A stretch of 64,000 nucleotides of DNA from an uncultured delta proteobacterium (GTDB lineage: Bacteria > Desulfobacterota > Desulfuromonadia > Desulfuromonadales > JACZKF01): contig CAWFKQ010000004.1 in NCBI GenBank assembly GCA_963816395.1, positions 32,001 through 96,000 on the forward strand, read 5' to 3'. The position numbers were made by a program, and so were the translations under genes. Below the pieces are notes generated by a model. It ran no database searches, was not told where the DNA came from, and saw nothing but the letters and a program-made list of their open reading frames with translations. Position 1 is the first letter of the stretch. Each line of letters starts with the position of its first letter. This document shows, in pieces, positions 45,763 to 58,164 of the stretch.

Positions 45763-46608
45763 AAAACCATCCGCCTCTTCCCGCCATTCTTCCGCTGCCG
45801 GCGGCCGCACCACTTCCGCAAGGGGCCGGCGCGTTTCCTGACAGAGATAATCGAATATTTCCACCAGGCTCTCGCGAATCATTTCCTCTTCCTTGGGGAA
45901 TTCGTGCGGCGATAACTCCAGGGTCAGGGTTTTGTTGTACCTGGTCTCCCGCAGATGATTGAGAAAACGGGTGAGGGGGAGAATGCCATGGCCGGGAAGC
46001 AGATGCTCGCGGCCGTAGCCGTAGTCCGAAAAATGGATGTTGCGCATCCGGGTGGAATTGTAGAAGAGATGAAAGTCGTGCAGGAAGTTGGCTCGGGAAG
46101 AACCCATATGAGCGGTGTCAAAAGTGAGGAAGAGGTTTTTCTCCTCCATGAACTGGATCATCTTGCCGGTTTGCGCCAGGAAGTTCGGGTTGCATTTGAA
46201 AGGTCCGGTGCAGGGCATGTTCTCCATGGTGATGGTCACCTGATTGCGTCCTATCTCGGACTGGAAATCGCGGATCCGGTTAAGCCAGCGCCAGAAGCGC
46301 AGTTCCAGGGCGAGCCAGGCCGGCGGGTGAAAATTGACCAGGGGAATGCCGGTCTCCAGGGCCAATTCGGTGGTGCGGAAAAGGGATTCGATTTTATTTC
46401 CCCAGCCATCCAACTCGAAAAAGGGGGCGTGGAGGGAATAGATGGGAAGAATCTGCTGCAGTTCCCGCAGACAGGCAACATTGTCCTGGTACTGGAAGTC
46501 ATAGTTGACAATGACTTCCAGGCCATCGAAACCGGTATCCCGGGCGAGTTCGAAAACTTTCGCCAAGGGCAGGGTATAGAGACTGCCGGCCGACAGGACC
46601 AGCTTCAT
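45742..46608 (-). CDS. sugar phosphate isomerase/epimerase (xylose-isomerase-like TIM barrel)
   Basis: GFDGLE, SLHAPF, ENMP, FDTAH, IHFSD, HLLPGHG, LE. Confidence 0.85.
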   Translation of the reverse strand: MKLVLSAGSLYTLPLAKVFELARDTGFDGLEVIVNYDFQYQDNVACLRELQQILPIYSLHAPFFELDGWGNKIESLFRTTELALETGIPLVNFHPPAWLALELRFWRWLNRIRDFQSEIGRNQVTITMENMPCTGPFKCNPNFLAQTGKMIQFMEEKNLFLTFDTAHMGSSRANFLHDFHLFYNSTRMRNIHFSDYGYGREHLLPGHGILPLTRFLNHLRETRYNKTLTLELSPHEFPKEEEMIRESLVEIFDYLCQETRRPLAEVVRPPAAEEWREEADGFSADNID

Positions 46609-46680
46609 CGTTGATCTTCTCCTTGCCAGGACAGCCCGCGGACCGGGATTGGCCAAAAGCTGCCGTGAAACCGCCCCGCT

Positions 46681-48201
46681 TCAGGGAGCGTGCACTTCCT
46701 CCGCCAGAAACCGACGGATCCGCTCCGGTGGCGCCGGGGTGGCCAGGGAGACGAGGATCATGACCAGAACGACCAGCGGCGCTCCAAGGAGTGCCGAGGA
46801 GGTGGGGGGGAAAAGTTCGCCGAGCAGAGGAAAGGCGTTTCCCAGCAGCAGCGCCGCAAAAGTGACGGCAAGCCCGGTCAGCATGCCGGCAATGGCTCCG
46901 TATTTGTTGGTCCGGTCCCACCAGATTCCCAGAAGAAATACCGGAAAGAGGGTATTGCCGGCCAGGGCGAAGGCTACGGCGGTGATCTGGGCGATCAACC
47001 CCGGGGGATTGAGCGCCGCCAGCAGGACCACCAGGGCCATCACCAGGGTTGCGCCTTTGGCCACCCGCATCCGCTGCCGCTCGCTGGCCCGGGGGTTGAG
47101 CAGGCGGTAATAGATATCGTGGGAGAAGGCGCCGGCACCCGTCAGCAGCAGCCCGGTTACGGTGGAAAAGGCGGCAATGATCGCGCCGACGGCAATGCTG
47201 CCGGTAAGCCATCGAGGAATGCCGGACCACTCCCCGGCTTTGATGACGATCAGGTCGGCGATGGCGTGCGCCATCTGCGGATCAAGGTTCTGGCCGCTGC
47301 GGGTCTCCCAGATTTTAGCGAAGGTGGCATAGGCGGGAGCGCTCCAGTAAAGCAGGCCGATGAAAAAAATCCCCCAGACCACACTCCAGCGGGCATCCCT
47401 GGCATTGGGAACGGTGTAGAAGCGGGAGAGTACGTGGGGTAGGCCCGCGGTTCCCACCATCAGGGTGAAGCAGAGGGCTATCCATTGGTAAGTGGTCCCG
47501 AAAACCCAGGGAGAAGTGAAGGCGCCGTTTTCCCGGGACAGGTCCTGCAGCGCCGCTCCATAGCCGAACTGGGGCGCCGCCCAGAAGTAGCCGAGCTTCC
47601 TGGCGATGAACATGAGCGGCACCAGAAAGGAGAGGATCAGCACGACGTAATGGAACTGCTGGTTGCGGGCGGCGCCGAGGGTGCCGGCCAGCACCAGGTA
47701 GGAAATGGCCACCGCCGTACCGAGAAAGAGGGCGGGGGTATAGTCGATGCCGAGCATCCAGGCGAACACCAGGCCGATCCCCTTGTACTGGGCAACGCAG
47801 TAGACCAGGGAGATGAGGATGGCAATAATCGCCGAGAGGAAGCGGGCGACCGGCGAATCGTAGCGGGTCTCGACAAAATCGGGAGCGCTGTACTTGCCGA
47901 AGCGGCGGATCTGGGTAGCCATCAGGATGAGCAGCAGGACGTAACCGCCGGTCCAGCCGATGACGTAGGCGAGGGCGAAGTAACCCTTGAGATAGAAGAC
48001 CCCGGCGATTCCCAGGAAGGAGGCGGCGCTCATCCAGTTGGAGGCGATGGCGGCGCCGATGCCCAGACGGCCGATGGTGCGGCCGGTGCCGAGGTAGTAG
48101 GCCGTGCCGCGGATGCGGCTGGTCAGGCCAATCAGGATAAAGGCGCCGAGCACGATGATCAGCAGCAGGAGTGGAATCCCTTTGAAGCCGTCGGTCGTCA
48201 T
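46681..48201 (-). CDS. sodium:solute symporter (ActP-like)
   Basis: AIASNWMSAASFLG, IGWTGGY, GTAGLPHVLSRFYTVP. Confidence 0.92.
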   Translation of the reverse strand: MTTDGFKGIPLLLLIIVLGAFILIGLTSRIRGTAYYLGTGRTIGRLGIGAAIASNWMSAASFLGIAGVFYLKGYFALAYVIGWTGGYVLLLILMATQIRRFGKYSAPDFVETRYDSPVARFLSAIIAILISLVYCVAQYKGIGLVFAWMLGIDYTPALFLGTAVAISYLVLAGTLGAARNQQFHYVVLILSFLVPLMFIARKLGYFWAAPQFGYGAALQDLSRENGAFTSPWVFGTTYQWIALCFTLMVGTAGLPHVLSRFYTVPNARDARWSVVWGIFFIGLLYWSAPAYATFAKIWETRSGQNLDPQMAHAIADLIVIKAGEWSGIPRWLTGSIAVGAIIAAFSTVTGLLLTGAGAFSHDIYYRLLNPRASERQRMRVAKGATLVMALVVLLAALNPPGLIAQITAVAFALAGNTLFPVFLLGIWWDRTNKYGAIAGMLTGLAVTFAALLLGNAFPLLGELFPPTSSALLGAPLVVLVMILVSLATPAPPERIRRFLAEEVHAP

Positions 48202-48210
48202 GCGCTCTCC

Positions 48211-48540
48211 CTATCTGCGTTTCCGGTAGATTTTCGTCAATTGATCGAGGAAAACGTTAAACAGAAAGCAAAGGAAAATAAACCAGACGATGAGGAACTG
48301 CCCGGTAAACCAGTAATGAAAAGGAAACCCGAACAGGTGCAGATCGGTGAGGCGGCCCTCCCCGGCGGCGTTTCTCTGCAGCCAGGTAAGCAGGATTTGA
48401 AAGCCGAAGGTGAAAAAGGCCCAACTGATCAGCAGGATCCAGGTGTAGATGACGCGCCGGCGCAGGTAGCCGGGGCGGGGCCGGAAGAAATTGATCCGGT
48501 AATCACTTTCGGTCGCGACGGGATCGTCCTTTGCTTCCAT
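48211..48540 (-). CDS. small membrane subunit of solute symporter (DUF4212-like)
   Basis: two TM helices, FGFPFHYW, directly upstream of the symporter. Confidence 0.8.
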   Translation of the reverse strand: MEAKDDPVATESDYRINFFRPRPGYLRRRVIYTWILLISWAFFTFGFQILLTWLQRNAAGEGRLTDLHLFGFPFHYWFTGQFLIVWFIFLCFLFNVFLDQLTKIYRKRR

Positions 48541-48562
48541 TGCAAGCACCTCTTCCAAAGGC

Positions 48563-48635
48563 AGTGAGGTAGTGAGTAGTCAGATAGTGAGATAGAAGAA
48601 CTTGAATTTACTACCTCGCTACTTACTATCTCACT
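48563..48635. repeat. period-8 repeat hairpin containing the truD stop
   Basis: AGTGAGGT AGTGAGT AGTCAGAT AGTGAGAT ... ACTACCTC GCTACTT ACTATCTC ACT. Confidence 0.78.
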
Positions 48636-49823
48636 GGTTTCATGATCTCCCGCAGAACACTGGTGGCATAGCTCCCCTTCGGCAGGGAGAAGGAGATGAG
48701 CAGATCGGTGCCTTCCCGGCGCACCGCAGCCTCGCGCAAGGGCACCCGCAGGGGGCGCCGTTCTCCTTCCATGGCGAGGCCGCCGGTCAGACGGAAATCC
48801 TCGCGCTGCAGCTTTTCCCTGGCCAGGACGCTCTCCTCGAGAATGCCGGCATGGCCCCGGGCCATACTGACCTTATAGCCGAACAGGGGAGCCGAGGGGC
48901 TGATCTCCAGGCGCTCGGCGCGCGGCTGCTCGGCGGCGGCATTCTCGACGTAGAAACAGGCGCCATTGTCGTGCTTGTAGGCCAGGTCCCCCTGCCAGAG
49001 GATGTCCAGGGTATCGAGGCGCATGGCTGTCAGCTGATCGAACAGGCTCGACTGGTAAGCGGAAAGAAACAGGCGCAGCAGCTTGCGCGGCAGGGCCAGT
49101 ACCGCCTGCCGGGCGCTGCGGCCAGCGAGCAGATCCTGCACCAGGCGCCGCTCGTCCCGGCAGCGCCCGGGCAGGATCGCCAATGCTCCGGCCAGATCGC
49201 CGGCATGAAAGCGCGCGGCTCCCTCCCGCCAGCGTTCATCGGCGATGGCCGAGGGATCACCGACGATCTGCCGTGCGGCCTCTTCGAAATCATTCCGCAG
49301 GATGGCCCGACCGGTAAAGTGGGAGTTGGCGAGGGCACCATAGCGCTGTTCGCCGAAAAAATTGGGAACGCCGACGTTTTCCAGGACATGCAGGGAATCC
49401 TCGGCTGCCGCCAGCGGCACCTTCGGCCACTTCCCGGATGCGGATGCGGAAACGATTGCCCGCCAGATGCCCCGGGCGCAACTTGTTGCGGTGCCGCCGG
49501 GCCGCCAGAACGGTCACCCCGGGAATCGTCAGGTTCCGCACCTGCTCCGGGTGGACTCCGGGAATAGAGACGGTCTGCCGGCAAATGGCCCGGGCGTCCT
49601 TGAGGCCGGCATAACCAAGTTCCCGCTCCGGCACCGACAGGGTCCGGGAGAGCCGGTGCAGCAGTTCCAGGGTGGTCAGGCCGCGTTTTTCCACCGTCAG
49701 GTAAAGGTGTTCCCCATCGTCACAGGGAAGATAAAGGGGGATTTCCTCGACGAAGAAATCTTCCGGAGATTCCTTGACCCTGCCGCCGGTGCCAGGAAAA
49801 CTTTCGGTGAGAAACCTATTCAT
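48626..49823 (-). CDS. truD: tRNA pseudouridine(13) synthase, frameshifted
   Basis: DFFVEE, YAGLKDARA, GHLAGNRF, PNFFGEQRYG, SAYQS, LPKGSYAT. Confidence 0.93.
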
Positions 49824-50517
49824 TGGCAGCGCTGCTCCAGGATCCCCGGAAACCGGGTCGGATCGGCGCCGTGCAGACCGCATCGGGGCGGCAGTCTGCC
49901 CGCTTCTGGTGATGAAGAAAATGGATCGCCTGCCCCTGATCGAGAAAGCGGCGCATGTACTTGGAAAGCGGATAGCCGGGCAATTCCAGAGCATAAGGGG
50001 AGGACAGGCGGTTTTGCCAGCCGGGGATGGCTGTCAGCAATTGTCCCACCTCAGCGGCATAATCGTGGACATCGCTGCTGAAGTAGAATGCGCCGTCGGG
50101 CTGCAGGTAAAAGAGAAGATTACGGAGGAAATCGGCATTCACCAGACGGCGTCGGCGATGCCGCTTCTTCGGCCAGGGATCCGGACAATTGATGTATACT
50201 GCAGCCAGGCTTTCCCTGGCCAGGTAATGCTCCAGCAGATGACGGGCTTCCAGGCGCAGGACGCGGACGTTGGCCAGTTCCGCCCCCTCCACCTTTCTGC
50301 AGGTTTTGAGACACCCCTTGTTGTAGATATCGATGGCCAGATAGTTGTATTCAGGACGGCTGGTTGCCAACTGGACGATAAAGTCGCCGATGCCGCAGCC
50401 GATTTCCAGGACCAGCGGCCGCTCGGTACCGAACAGTTGCCGCGAGTCGATTATGCCGTCCAGTTGGACCTCTGGAACGAAAACGGGGGAGGTGATCTCG
50501 ATCATCCGCTGAGTCAT
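49816..50517 (-). CDS. trmB: tRNA (guanine-N7)-methyltransferase
   Basis: LEIGCGIG, NCPDPWPKKRHRRRRL. Confidence 0.93.
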   Translation of the reverse strand: MTQRMIEITSPVFVPEVQLDGIIDSRQLFGTERPLVLEIGCGIGDFIVQLATSRPEYNYLAIDIYNKGCLKTCRKVEGAELANVRVLRLEARHLLEHYLARESLAAVYINCPDPWPKKRHRRRRLVNADFLRNLLFYLQPDGAFYFSSDVHDYAAEVGQLLTAIPGWQNRLSSPYALELPGYPLSKYMRRFLDQGQAIHFLHHQKRADCRPDAVCTAPIRPGFRGSWSSAANE

Positions 50518-50581
50518 GTGCAATCGCCGGAAATAGGGTGAGAGTGGCCGGCAAAGTAACATAAAAAGGGGATTCGCACAA

Positions 50582-50630
50582 CAGGCGGCGGACAGGGGCG
50601 GGAGGATCCCAGCCCCCTGCCTGCCGCCTG
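50582..50630. terminator. GC-rich hairpin after the cytochrome c gene
   Basis: CAGGCGGCGGACAGGGG ... CCCCTGCCTGCCGCCTG. Confidence 0.45.
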
Positions 50631-50637
50631 CGGCACT

Positions 50638-50965
50638 TTATTGCTTGAGGGTTTGCAGGTAACTGACCAGTGCCTGGAGATCCTCTTCCGGCAGGCGCTG
50701 AAAAGAAGGCATGATCGATTGGGGGGCGCCGGCCTTCGGATTGACCAGCTTCTGCCGGATCTGTTCGGCGGTCATTTGCTTGCCAATGTCGTTCAGGGCC
50801 GGGCCAAGGGTGCCGCCGCTGTCACCGACCTTGTGGCAACCCTTGCAGCCGAGGGAATTGACCAGTTCTTGTCCCTTGGCCAGATCCGCGGCCAGGGCCG
50901 GGCTGGCCAGGAAGGCCAGACAGAAGAACTGCCGTCGCCGATTTTCCGATACCGTGTATTCTCAT
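50638..50965 (-). CDS. small monoheme c-type cytochrome (frameshift in the signal peptide; absent from the ORF track)
   Basis: minus strand reads ASPALAADLAKGQELVNSLGCKGCHKVGDSGGTLGPAL...SIMPSFQRLPEEDLQALVSYLQTLKQ*: CxxCH, GP.L, distal Met. Confidence 0.85.
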
Positions 50966-51286
50966 CGATTTCATCCTTTCCTGGGGAAGCGCTGCAAGAG
51001 CTCATTAGAATAACGAAAATCGTGGCCACTTGCAAGAGCCGGCCGGTAACGGCGGAAAAAAGTTGAATTCTCCGCAGCCGCTCGCTACATTATGATGGCT
51101 GTTACCGAAGGGGCCGGTTTTTGTGGCGGGGCGCAGGCAACCGGTTGTTTGCGAGTCAATTCTACAGGTTGAGCAGCATGCCCGGATGCAGGTTGTCTGA
51201 ACACCAGAGGATTCAGGGGCACCCGACAGGTACTCCTGTCTCCAATCGTCGATGGGCATTTCTTTCAGACTATCAAGGAGCCAACC

Positions 51287-52294
51287 ATGCTCATCGTCAT
51301 GCACCATCATGCCACCACCGAGCAGATCCGTGCGGTACGGGAGGCGGTCGAGGCCATGGGTCTGCGCGCCGAGCCGATCCCGGGGAGCGAGCGGACGGCG
51401 ATCGGAGTTCTCGGCAATCAGGGATACGTGGATGACACATCGATCCGAGAACTTCCCGGGGTGCGCGAAGTGATCCACGTCAGCAAGCCCTACAAACTGG
51501 TTTCCCGTGACTTTCATCCCGGCTCGACGGTGGTCGATGCCGGCGGCGTACCGATCGGGGACGGGCATCCGCCGGTGATCATCGCCGGTCCCTGCTCGAT
51601 CGAAAACGAAGATCAGATCGTCACCTCGGCGCACCTGGTGAAAGCCGCCGGTGCCCATATCCTGCGCGGCGGGGCCTTTAAGCCGCGTACCGGTCCCCAT
51701 TCCTTTCAGGGACTGGGGGTGGAAGGGCTCAAACTGCTGCGCCTCGCCGGTGATGCCGCCGGCCTGCCGGTAATCACCGAGGTGATGCGCATCGAGCAGT
51801 TGGAAACGGTCTGCCGTTATGCCGATATCCTGCAGGTCGGCGCCCGTAACATGCAGAACTTTGACCTGCTCAAGGAAGTCGGCAAGCTTGACCGGCCGGT
51901 TCTTCTGAAGCGGGGGATGAGCGCCACCATCGAGGAATTTCTCGCCGCCGCCGAGTATATTGTGGCCGAAGGCAATGGCCAGGTGATCCTCTGCGAGCGG
52001 GGAATCCGCACCTTCGAACGGGCCACCCGCAATACCCTTGACCTTTCAGTCATCCCGCTGGTGCGGGAGATGAGCCACCTGCCGATTCTCGTCGATCCCA
52101 GCCACGCCACCGGCAAGCGCTCCCTGGTGCCGGTCATGGCCAAGGCGGCGCTGATCGCCGGCGCCCACGGGGTCATGGTCGAGGTCCATCCCGACCCCGA
52201 TCGGGCTCTTTGCGACGGCGCCCAGAGTCTGGCGGGCGAAGGTTTTGGCCAATTGATGGGGGAGATCCGGGGGTTGTTGAAGTTTTTGGGATAG
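51287..52294 (+). CDS. aroF: DAHP synthase (class I-beta, N-terminal regulatory domain)
   Basis: IAGPCSIE, RGGAFKPRT, GARNMQNF, LKRG, CERGIRTF, DPSH. Confidence 0.95.
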   Translation: MLIVMHHHATTEQIRAVREAVEAMGLRAEPIPGSERTAIGVLGNQGYVDDTSIRELPGVREVIHVSKPYKLVSRDFHPGSTVVDAGGVPIGDGHPPVIIAGPCSIENEDQIVTSAHLVKAAGAHILRGGAFKPRTGPHSFQGLGVEGLKLLRLAGDAAGLPVITEVMRIEQLETVCRYADILQVGARNMQNFDLLKEVGKLDRPVLLKRGMSATIEEFLAAAEYIVAEGNGQVILCERGIRTFERATRNTLDLSVIPLVREMSHLPILVDPSHATGKRSLVPVMAKAALIAGAHGVMVEVHPDPDRALCDGAQSLAGEGFGQLMGEIRGLLKFLG

Positions 52295-52376
52295 TGGAAG
52301 AGGCATGAACTTGATGCTAAGATTTGATTCATCGGCTGCTAAAGCGGGTTGGAATTTCCTCTTATTCAAAATTCCT

Positions 52377-53231
52377 TCAGGCGGCCACCAGCCGCATGCA
52401 GGTGATTTCCGGCCGGCAGAGGAAGCGGACCGGGAAGACGCTGGTGCCGACGCCGCGGGTGACGTAGAGGGGGGTGCCGCTGCTCCCAACCCGGTAAAGG
52501 CCGTCGACGAAAGCGCCCGGAGAAGCGAGGCAGGTAGAAGAGGGGGATGAAAGGGAAGCGCACCTGGCCGCCGTGGGTGTGGCCGCAGAGGATGAGGTCG
52601 ATGCGGCCGTCCAGGAGTTCGTGGGGAAAAGCCGGGACATGGGAGAGGAGCAGGTTGAGGCGGGCCGAATCGGCCCCTTGCTGCAGCCTCTGGAGATTGT
52701 CGCCTTTTGAGGGATAATCGAGCCCGAGAATCGAGGTCGGTATTCCCTGCAGGTCCAGATCGGCCGCTCATTGATCAGCAGGGTGACACCGGCGCGGACA
52801 AAGTGCCGGCGCAGGTTCTCCCCCTCCACCCGGGCTCGGTAATCCCAGTTCCCCTGAATGGCGAAAACCCCCTGGCTGGCCTGCAGCAGCCGGAGGAAAC
52901 GGCGCACCTCGCCGATCTTACGGCTCTGTTCAAGGTAGTCGCCGGTGAGCAGGATGATTTCCGGCGACAGGGTATTGACCGCCTCGGCCACCTCCCGGTA
53001 GTAGCCGTGGAAGGCCCTGATATGCAGATCCGAGAGGTGAACCAGCCGCAGTTCCCGCCCGGGTGGAATTTTTTCCAGGGGGATGGTGACCTCGCGTACC
53101 TCGAAGTCGCGCGGCTCCCGGTAAAGGGCATCGCCGAGCGCTCCGCCGCCGAGAATGGCGCTTCCGCCCAGAAGAAAAGTCCGCCGGGAGATTCCCCTGG
53201 CGGACTTCTCCGTATCTCTATCCTGCTCCAT
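52377..53231 (-). CDS. metallophosphoesterase with a Tat-like signal, frameshifted
   Basis: SRRTFL, SDLH, TGD, GNWD, CGHTHGGQ (other frame), YVTRGVG, PEI. Confidence 0.85.
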   Translation of the reverse strand: MEQDRDTEKSARGISRRTFLLGGSAILGGGALGDALYREPRDFEVREVTIPLEKIPPGRELRLVHLSDLHIRAFHGYYREVAEAVNTLSPEIILLTGDYLEQSRKIGEVRRFLRLLQASQGVFAIQGNWDYRARVEGENLRRHFVRAGVTLLINERPIWTCREYRPRFSGSIIPQKATISRGCSKGPIRPASTCSSPMSRLFPTNSWTAASTSSSAATPTAARCASLSSPSSTCLASPGAFVDGLYRVGSSGTPLYVTRGVGTSVFPVRFLCRPEITCMRLVAA

Positions 53232-53374
53232 TTCCGTCCTTTTCCCTCCTTGCCAAGGGAAGGGAATATACCATGGATCACCCCCGCCGCCAACGTCTCT
53301 CTTGCCAGCCTTCGGATGATATTGTATCTTTTAAGGATTGATTTGGTATCCATTGCTCAACCAAAGGAGATTTC

Positions 53375-54564
53375 ATGTCCGGCATTATCGAGATTCGCCC
53401 CGGTCTGCACTGGGTCGGCGCCAAGCACCCAGAGCTCAAGATCTTTGACGAACTTTTTCCAACCCGCAACGGTACCACCTACAATTCCTACCTTGTGCGG
53501 GGGGAGCGGAAAACCGCCCTCATCGATACGGTAAAGGCGCCCTTTACCGGCGATTTCCTGAAAAAGCTGGAGCAGCTGGGGACGGAGCGGATCGATTTCG
53601 TGGTGGTCAACCACAGCGAGCCCGACCATTCGGGTGCCCTCGGCGAACTCCTTGACCGCCATCCGGAGGCGACCATTCTCTGCACCCGGCCCGGGGAAAA
53701 TTTCCTGCGTCAGTTGTTCAACCGGCCTTTGCCGACCCGGGTTGTCACCGATGGCGAGGAGGTCGACCTAGGCGGGCGGACCCTGCGTTTTCTGCTGGCT
53801 CCCTATCTGCACTGGCCGGACACCATGTTCACCTACCTGCCGGAGGAGCGGATCCTGTTTTCCTGCGATGCCTTCGGCGCCCATTTCTGCGGCGAGGCCT
53901 CTACAACGATGAAGTCCCCGATTTTTCGGGCGAATTTCCTTTTACTTCGACAGCATCATGCGCCCTTTCAAGGAAAAGGTGCGCGAAGCGGTGGCCAAGG
54001 TGGAGGGTCTGCCCCTGGACCTGGTCTGCCCTTCGCACGGTCCGGTGCTGCGCCGCGACCCGCGAGGGGCGATTGCCGCCTACCAGCGCTGGTCGGCACC
54101 ACCGGCCGCCGGCGGCCCGAGAGTGCTGCTGCTGACCCTGTCGCCCCACGGCAATACCCGGGACATGGCCGCCTATGTCCGTCAGGGGCTGGAAAGCCGC
54201 GGGCTGGAGGTGTTCGAAAGGGCGATCATCGAGACTGGAGAATCGTGAACTGCGCGATCTGCTGGAGCAGACCGACGCCCTGGTTGTGGCCACTCCCACC
54301 ATCAACCGAGACGCGCCGCCGCCGGTCTGGCAGGCGCTTTCCCTGCTCTCCTCGGTAACGCCGCGGGGGAAGGTAGGAGCGGTTTTCGGCTCTTTCGGCT
54401 GGAGCGGCGAGGCGGTCAAGCTGGTGGAGGAGCACCTCACCGGCCTCAAATACAAGCTGGCAGCGCCGGGCATCCACTTCCGCTTCAAGCCCACCGAAGA
54501 AGACCACCAGGCCTGCCGCGAGTTCGGCGAGAGGATTGCCGACTTTCTGCAGGAAAATCAATGA
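53375..54564 (+). CDS. fprA: flavodiiron protein (FprA/NorV family), frameshifted
   Basis: GTTYNSY, NHSEPDHSG, HWPD, SCDAFG, PSHG; flavodoxin half SPHGNT, FGSFGWSGEA. Confidence 0.92.
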
Positions 54565-54615
54565 GGTAAAAACAGCGAGGTAGCAAGTAGTGAGGTACTA
54601 TCTGGCTACCTCGCT
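54562..54615. repeat. period-8 repeat hairpin at the fprA stop
   Basis: AGCGAGGT AGCAAGT AGTGAGGT ACTATCTG GCTACCTC GCT. Confidence 0.7.
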
Positions 54616-54659
54616 GGCTTAATGTCGCCAGACTCTCTTCCCGGCAGGAGAATCTCCCG

Positions 54660-56850
<2,191 letters not shown>

Positions 56851-56929
56851 GCCCGTCAGCAGCTTTTCGGTGTTTTCCCAGCTTTCCGCCCAATACCTGA
56901 AGACCAATAATTCTAAACACGGCAGTTGA

Positions 56930-57051
56930 TCACGCAACGACGCAACGAAATCAAAATCTTACATCCTGGAGTCTCTCACCCAGCAGGCAAAAGGTCTATT
57001 TCTGATAGCCTTCTGGTTTTACGTCGCGTTCGTTGCGTTCGTCGCGTGAGA
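56930..57051. repeat. repeat hairpin (CGCAACGA type) overlapping the 3' end of the DMT gene
   Basis: TCACGCAACGACGCAACGAA ... CGTCGCGTTCGTTGCGTTCGTCGCGTGAGA. Confidence 0.65.
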
Positions 57052-57958
57052 CTATTTTTTCTAGGATAATTGAAGATTCCGCATTGCGGGTGGCGAGAAA
57101 AATTCCCCCGGCGATCAGCACGATGCCGAGCCCGTGGAACCAGCGCAGGGACTCGTCCAGGAACAGCAGTGCCATCAGGCTGCCGAAGACCGGCATCAGG
57201 TGGATGAACAGGCCGGCCCGGTTAGCCCCGACCCGTTCCACTCCGCGGTTGTAGCAGAGATAGGAGACGATGGAGGGGAAGATCACGACGTAGCCGACGG
57301 CCAGCAGCAGGGGGGAAGAGGGTTCAACGTGTCGCCCTTCCAGCATCTCCCAGAGGTAAAAAGGCAGGAGCATCAGCGAGCCGGTGATGAAGGTCACGGC
57401 GATGAAACTGAGCGGGTGGACGGGCGGGCGCCGGCGCAGCAGAACGGAATAGGCGGCGTAGCAGATAACGGCGATGAAGACCAGGAGATCCCCCCGGTTG
57501 ATCGCCAGCGAGCGCACGGTCCCCAGATCGCCCTGGAGGATGATGGTGGCCGCCCCGGCCAGCGACAGCACGATCCCGCAGCATTGACGAACGGTGACCG
57601 GTTCCCGGAAGAGCAGGAAAGACATGGCCACGATCAGCACCGGCATCATCGACTGCAGCAGAAAGGCGTTGATCGCCTGGGTCCATTGCAGCCCGGTGTA
57701 GACCAGGGTGTTGAAGGCGGCGATGCCGAGGGCCGAAAGCAGCAGGGTGATCGGCCAGCGACCGGCCAGGCGCGGCCAGTCCCGCCGCAGGTGCGGCAGC
57801 GCCGGGAACAGCACCAGAAGGGAAGCACCGGACCAGCGGTAGAAGGCGAGGGCAATCGGCGGTATGTCAGCATGCACGGCCCGGCCGATGATGAAGTTTC
57901 CGGACCAGAAGAAAGCGGCGAGGGTCAGCAGGAGATAGGGATGTCGATCGAACTTCAT
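56996..57958 (-). CDS. DMT/EamA family transporter
   Basis: FWSGNF, ten TM segments, GANRAG, PVFG. Confidence 0.92.
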   Translation of the reverse strand: MKFDRHPYLLLTLAAFFWSGNFIIGRAVHADIPPIALAFYRWSGASLLVLFPALPHLRRDWPRLAGRWPITLLLSALGIAAFNTLVYTGLQWTQAINAFLLQSMMPVLIVAMSFLLFREPVTVRQCCGIVLSLAGAATIILQGDLGTVRSLAINRGDLLVFIAVICYAAYSVLLRRRPPVHPLSFIAVTFITGSLMLLPFYLWEMLEGRHVEPSSPLLLAVGYVVIFPSIVSYLCYNRGVERVGANRAGLFIHLMPVFGSLMALLFLDESLRWFHGLGIVLIAGGIFLATRNAESSIILEKIVSRDERNERDVKPEGYQK

Positions 57959-58164
57959 GGCAGTGCTCCGATTTGTTTGCCCGCCAATTTAGCCAAAGGA
58001 CGGGGCAATCGCAACATCCTTCGGATGCAGGCCGTTTTTCAGGCGCATTGCGGAGGCGGTTCCGGCAATCGTGAGGTTACCCCGCCCGCATTTGCATAAT
58101 CCGCCGACGGGTATATCTTCCCTGAGAGGAGCGGCCGACAACGAGTCCTCCGGGGAGGTGAGCC

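Noticed and set aside
50975..51286. Possible riboswitch or leader upstream of aroF / cytochrome c
   Set aside because: Only a short resemblance to a GEMM 3' end (GGCTGTTACCGAA); no GGCAAA/GAAA/GACGCAAA core and no aromatic leader peptide. An Rfam scan would settle it.
52377..53231. Tat-exported metallophosphoesterase as a novelty
   Set aside because: Tat export is already known for YkuE-like members of this family.
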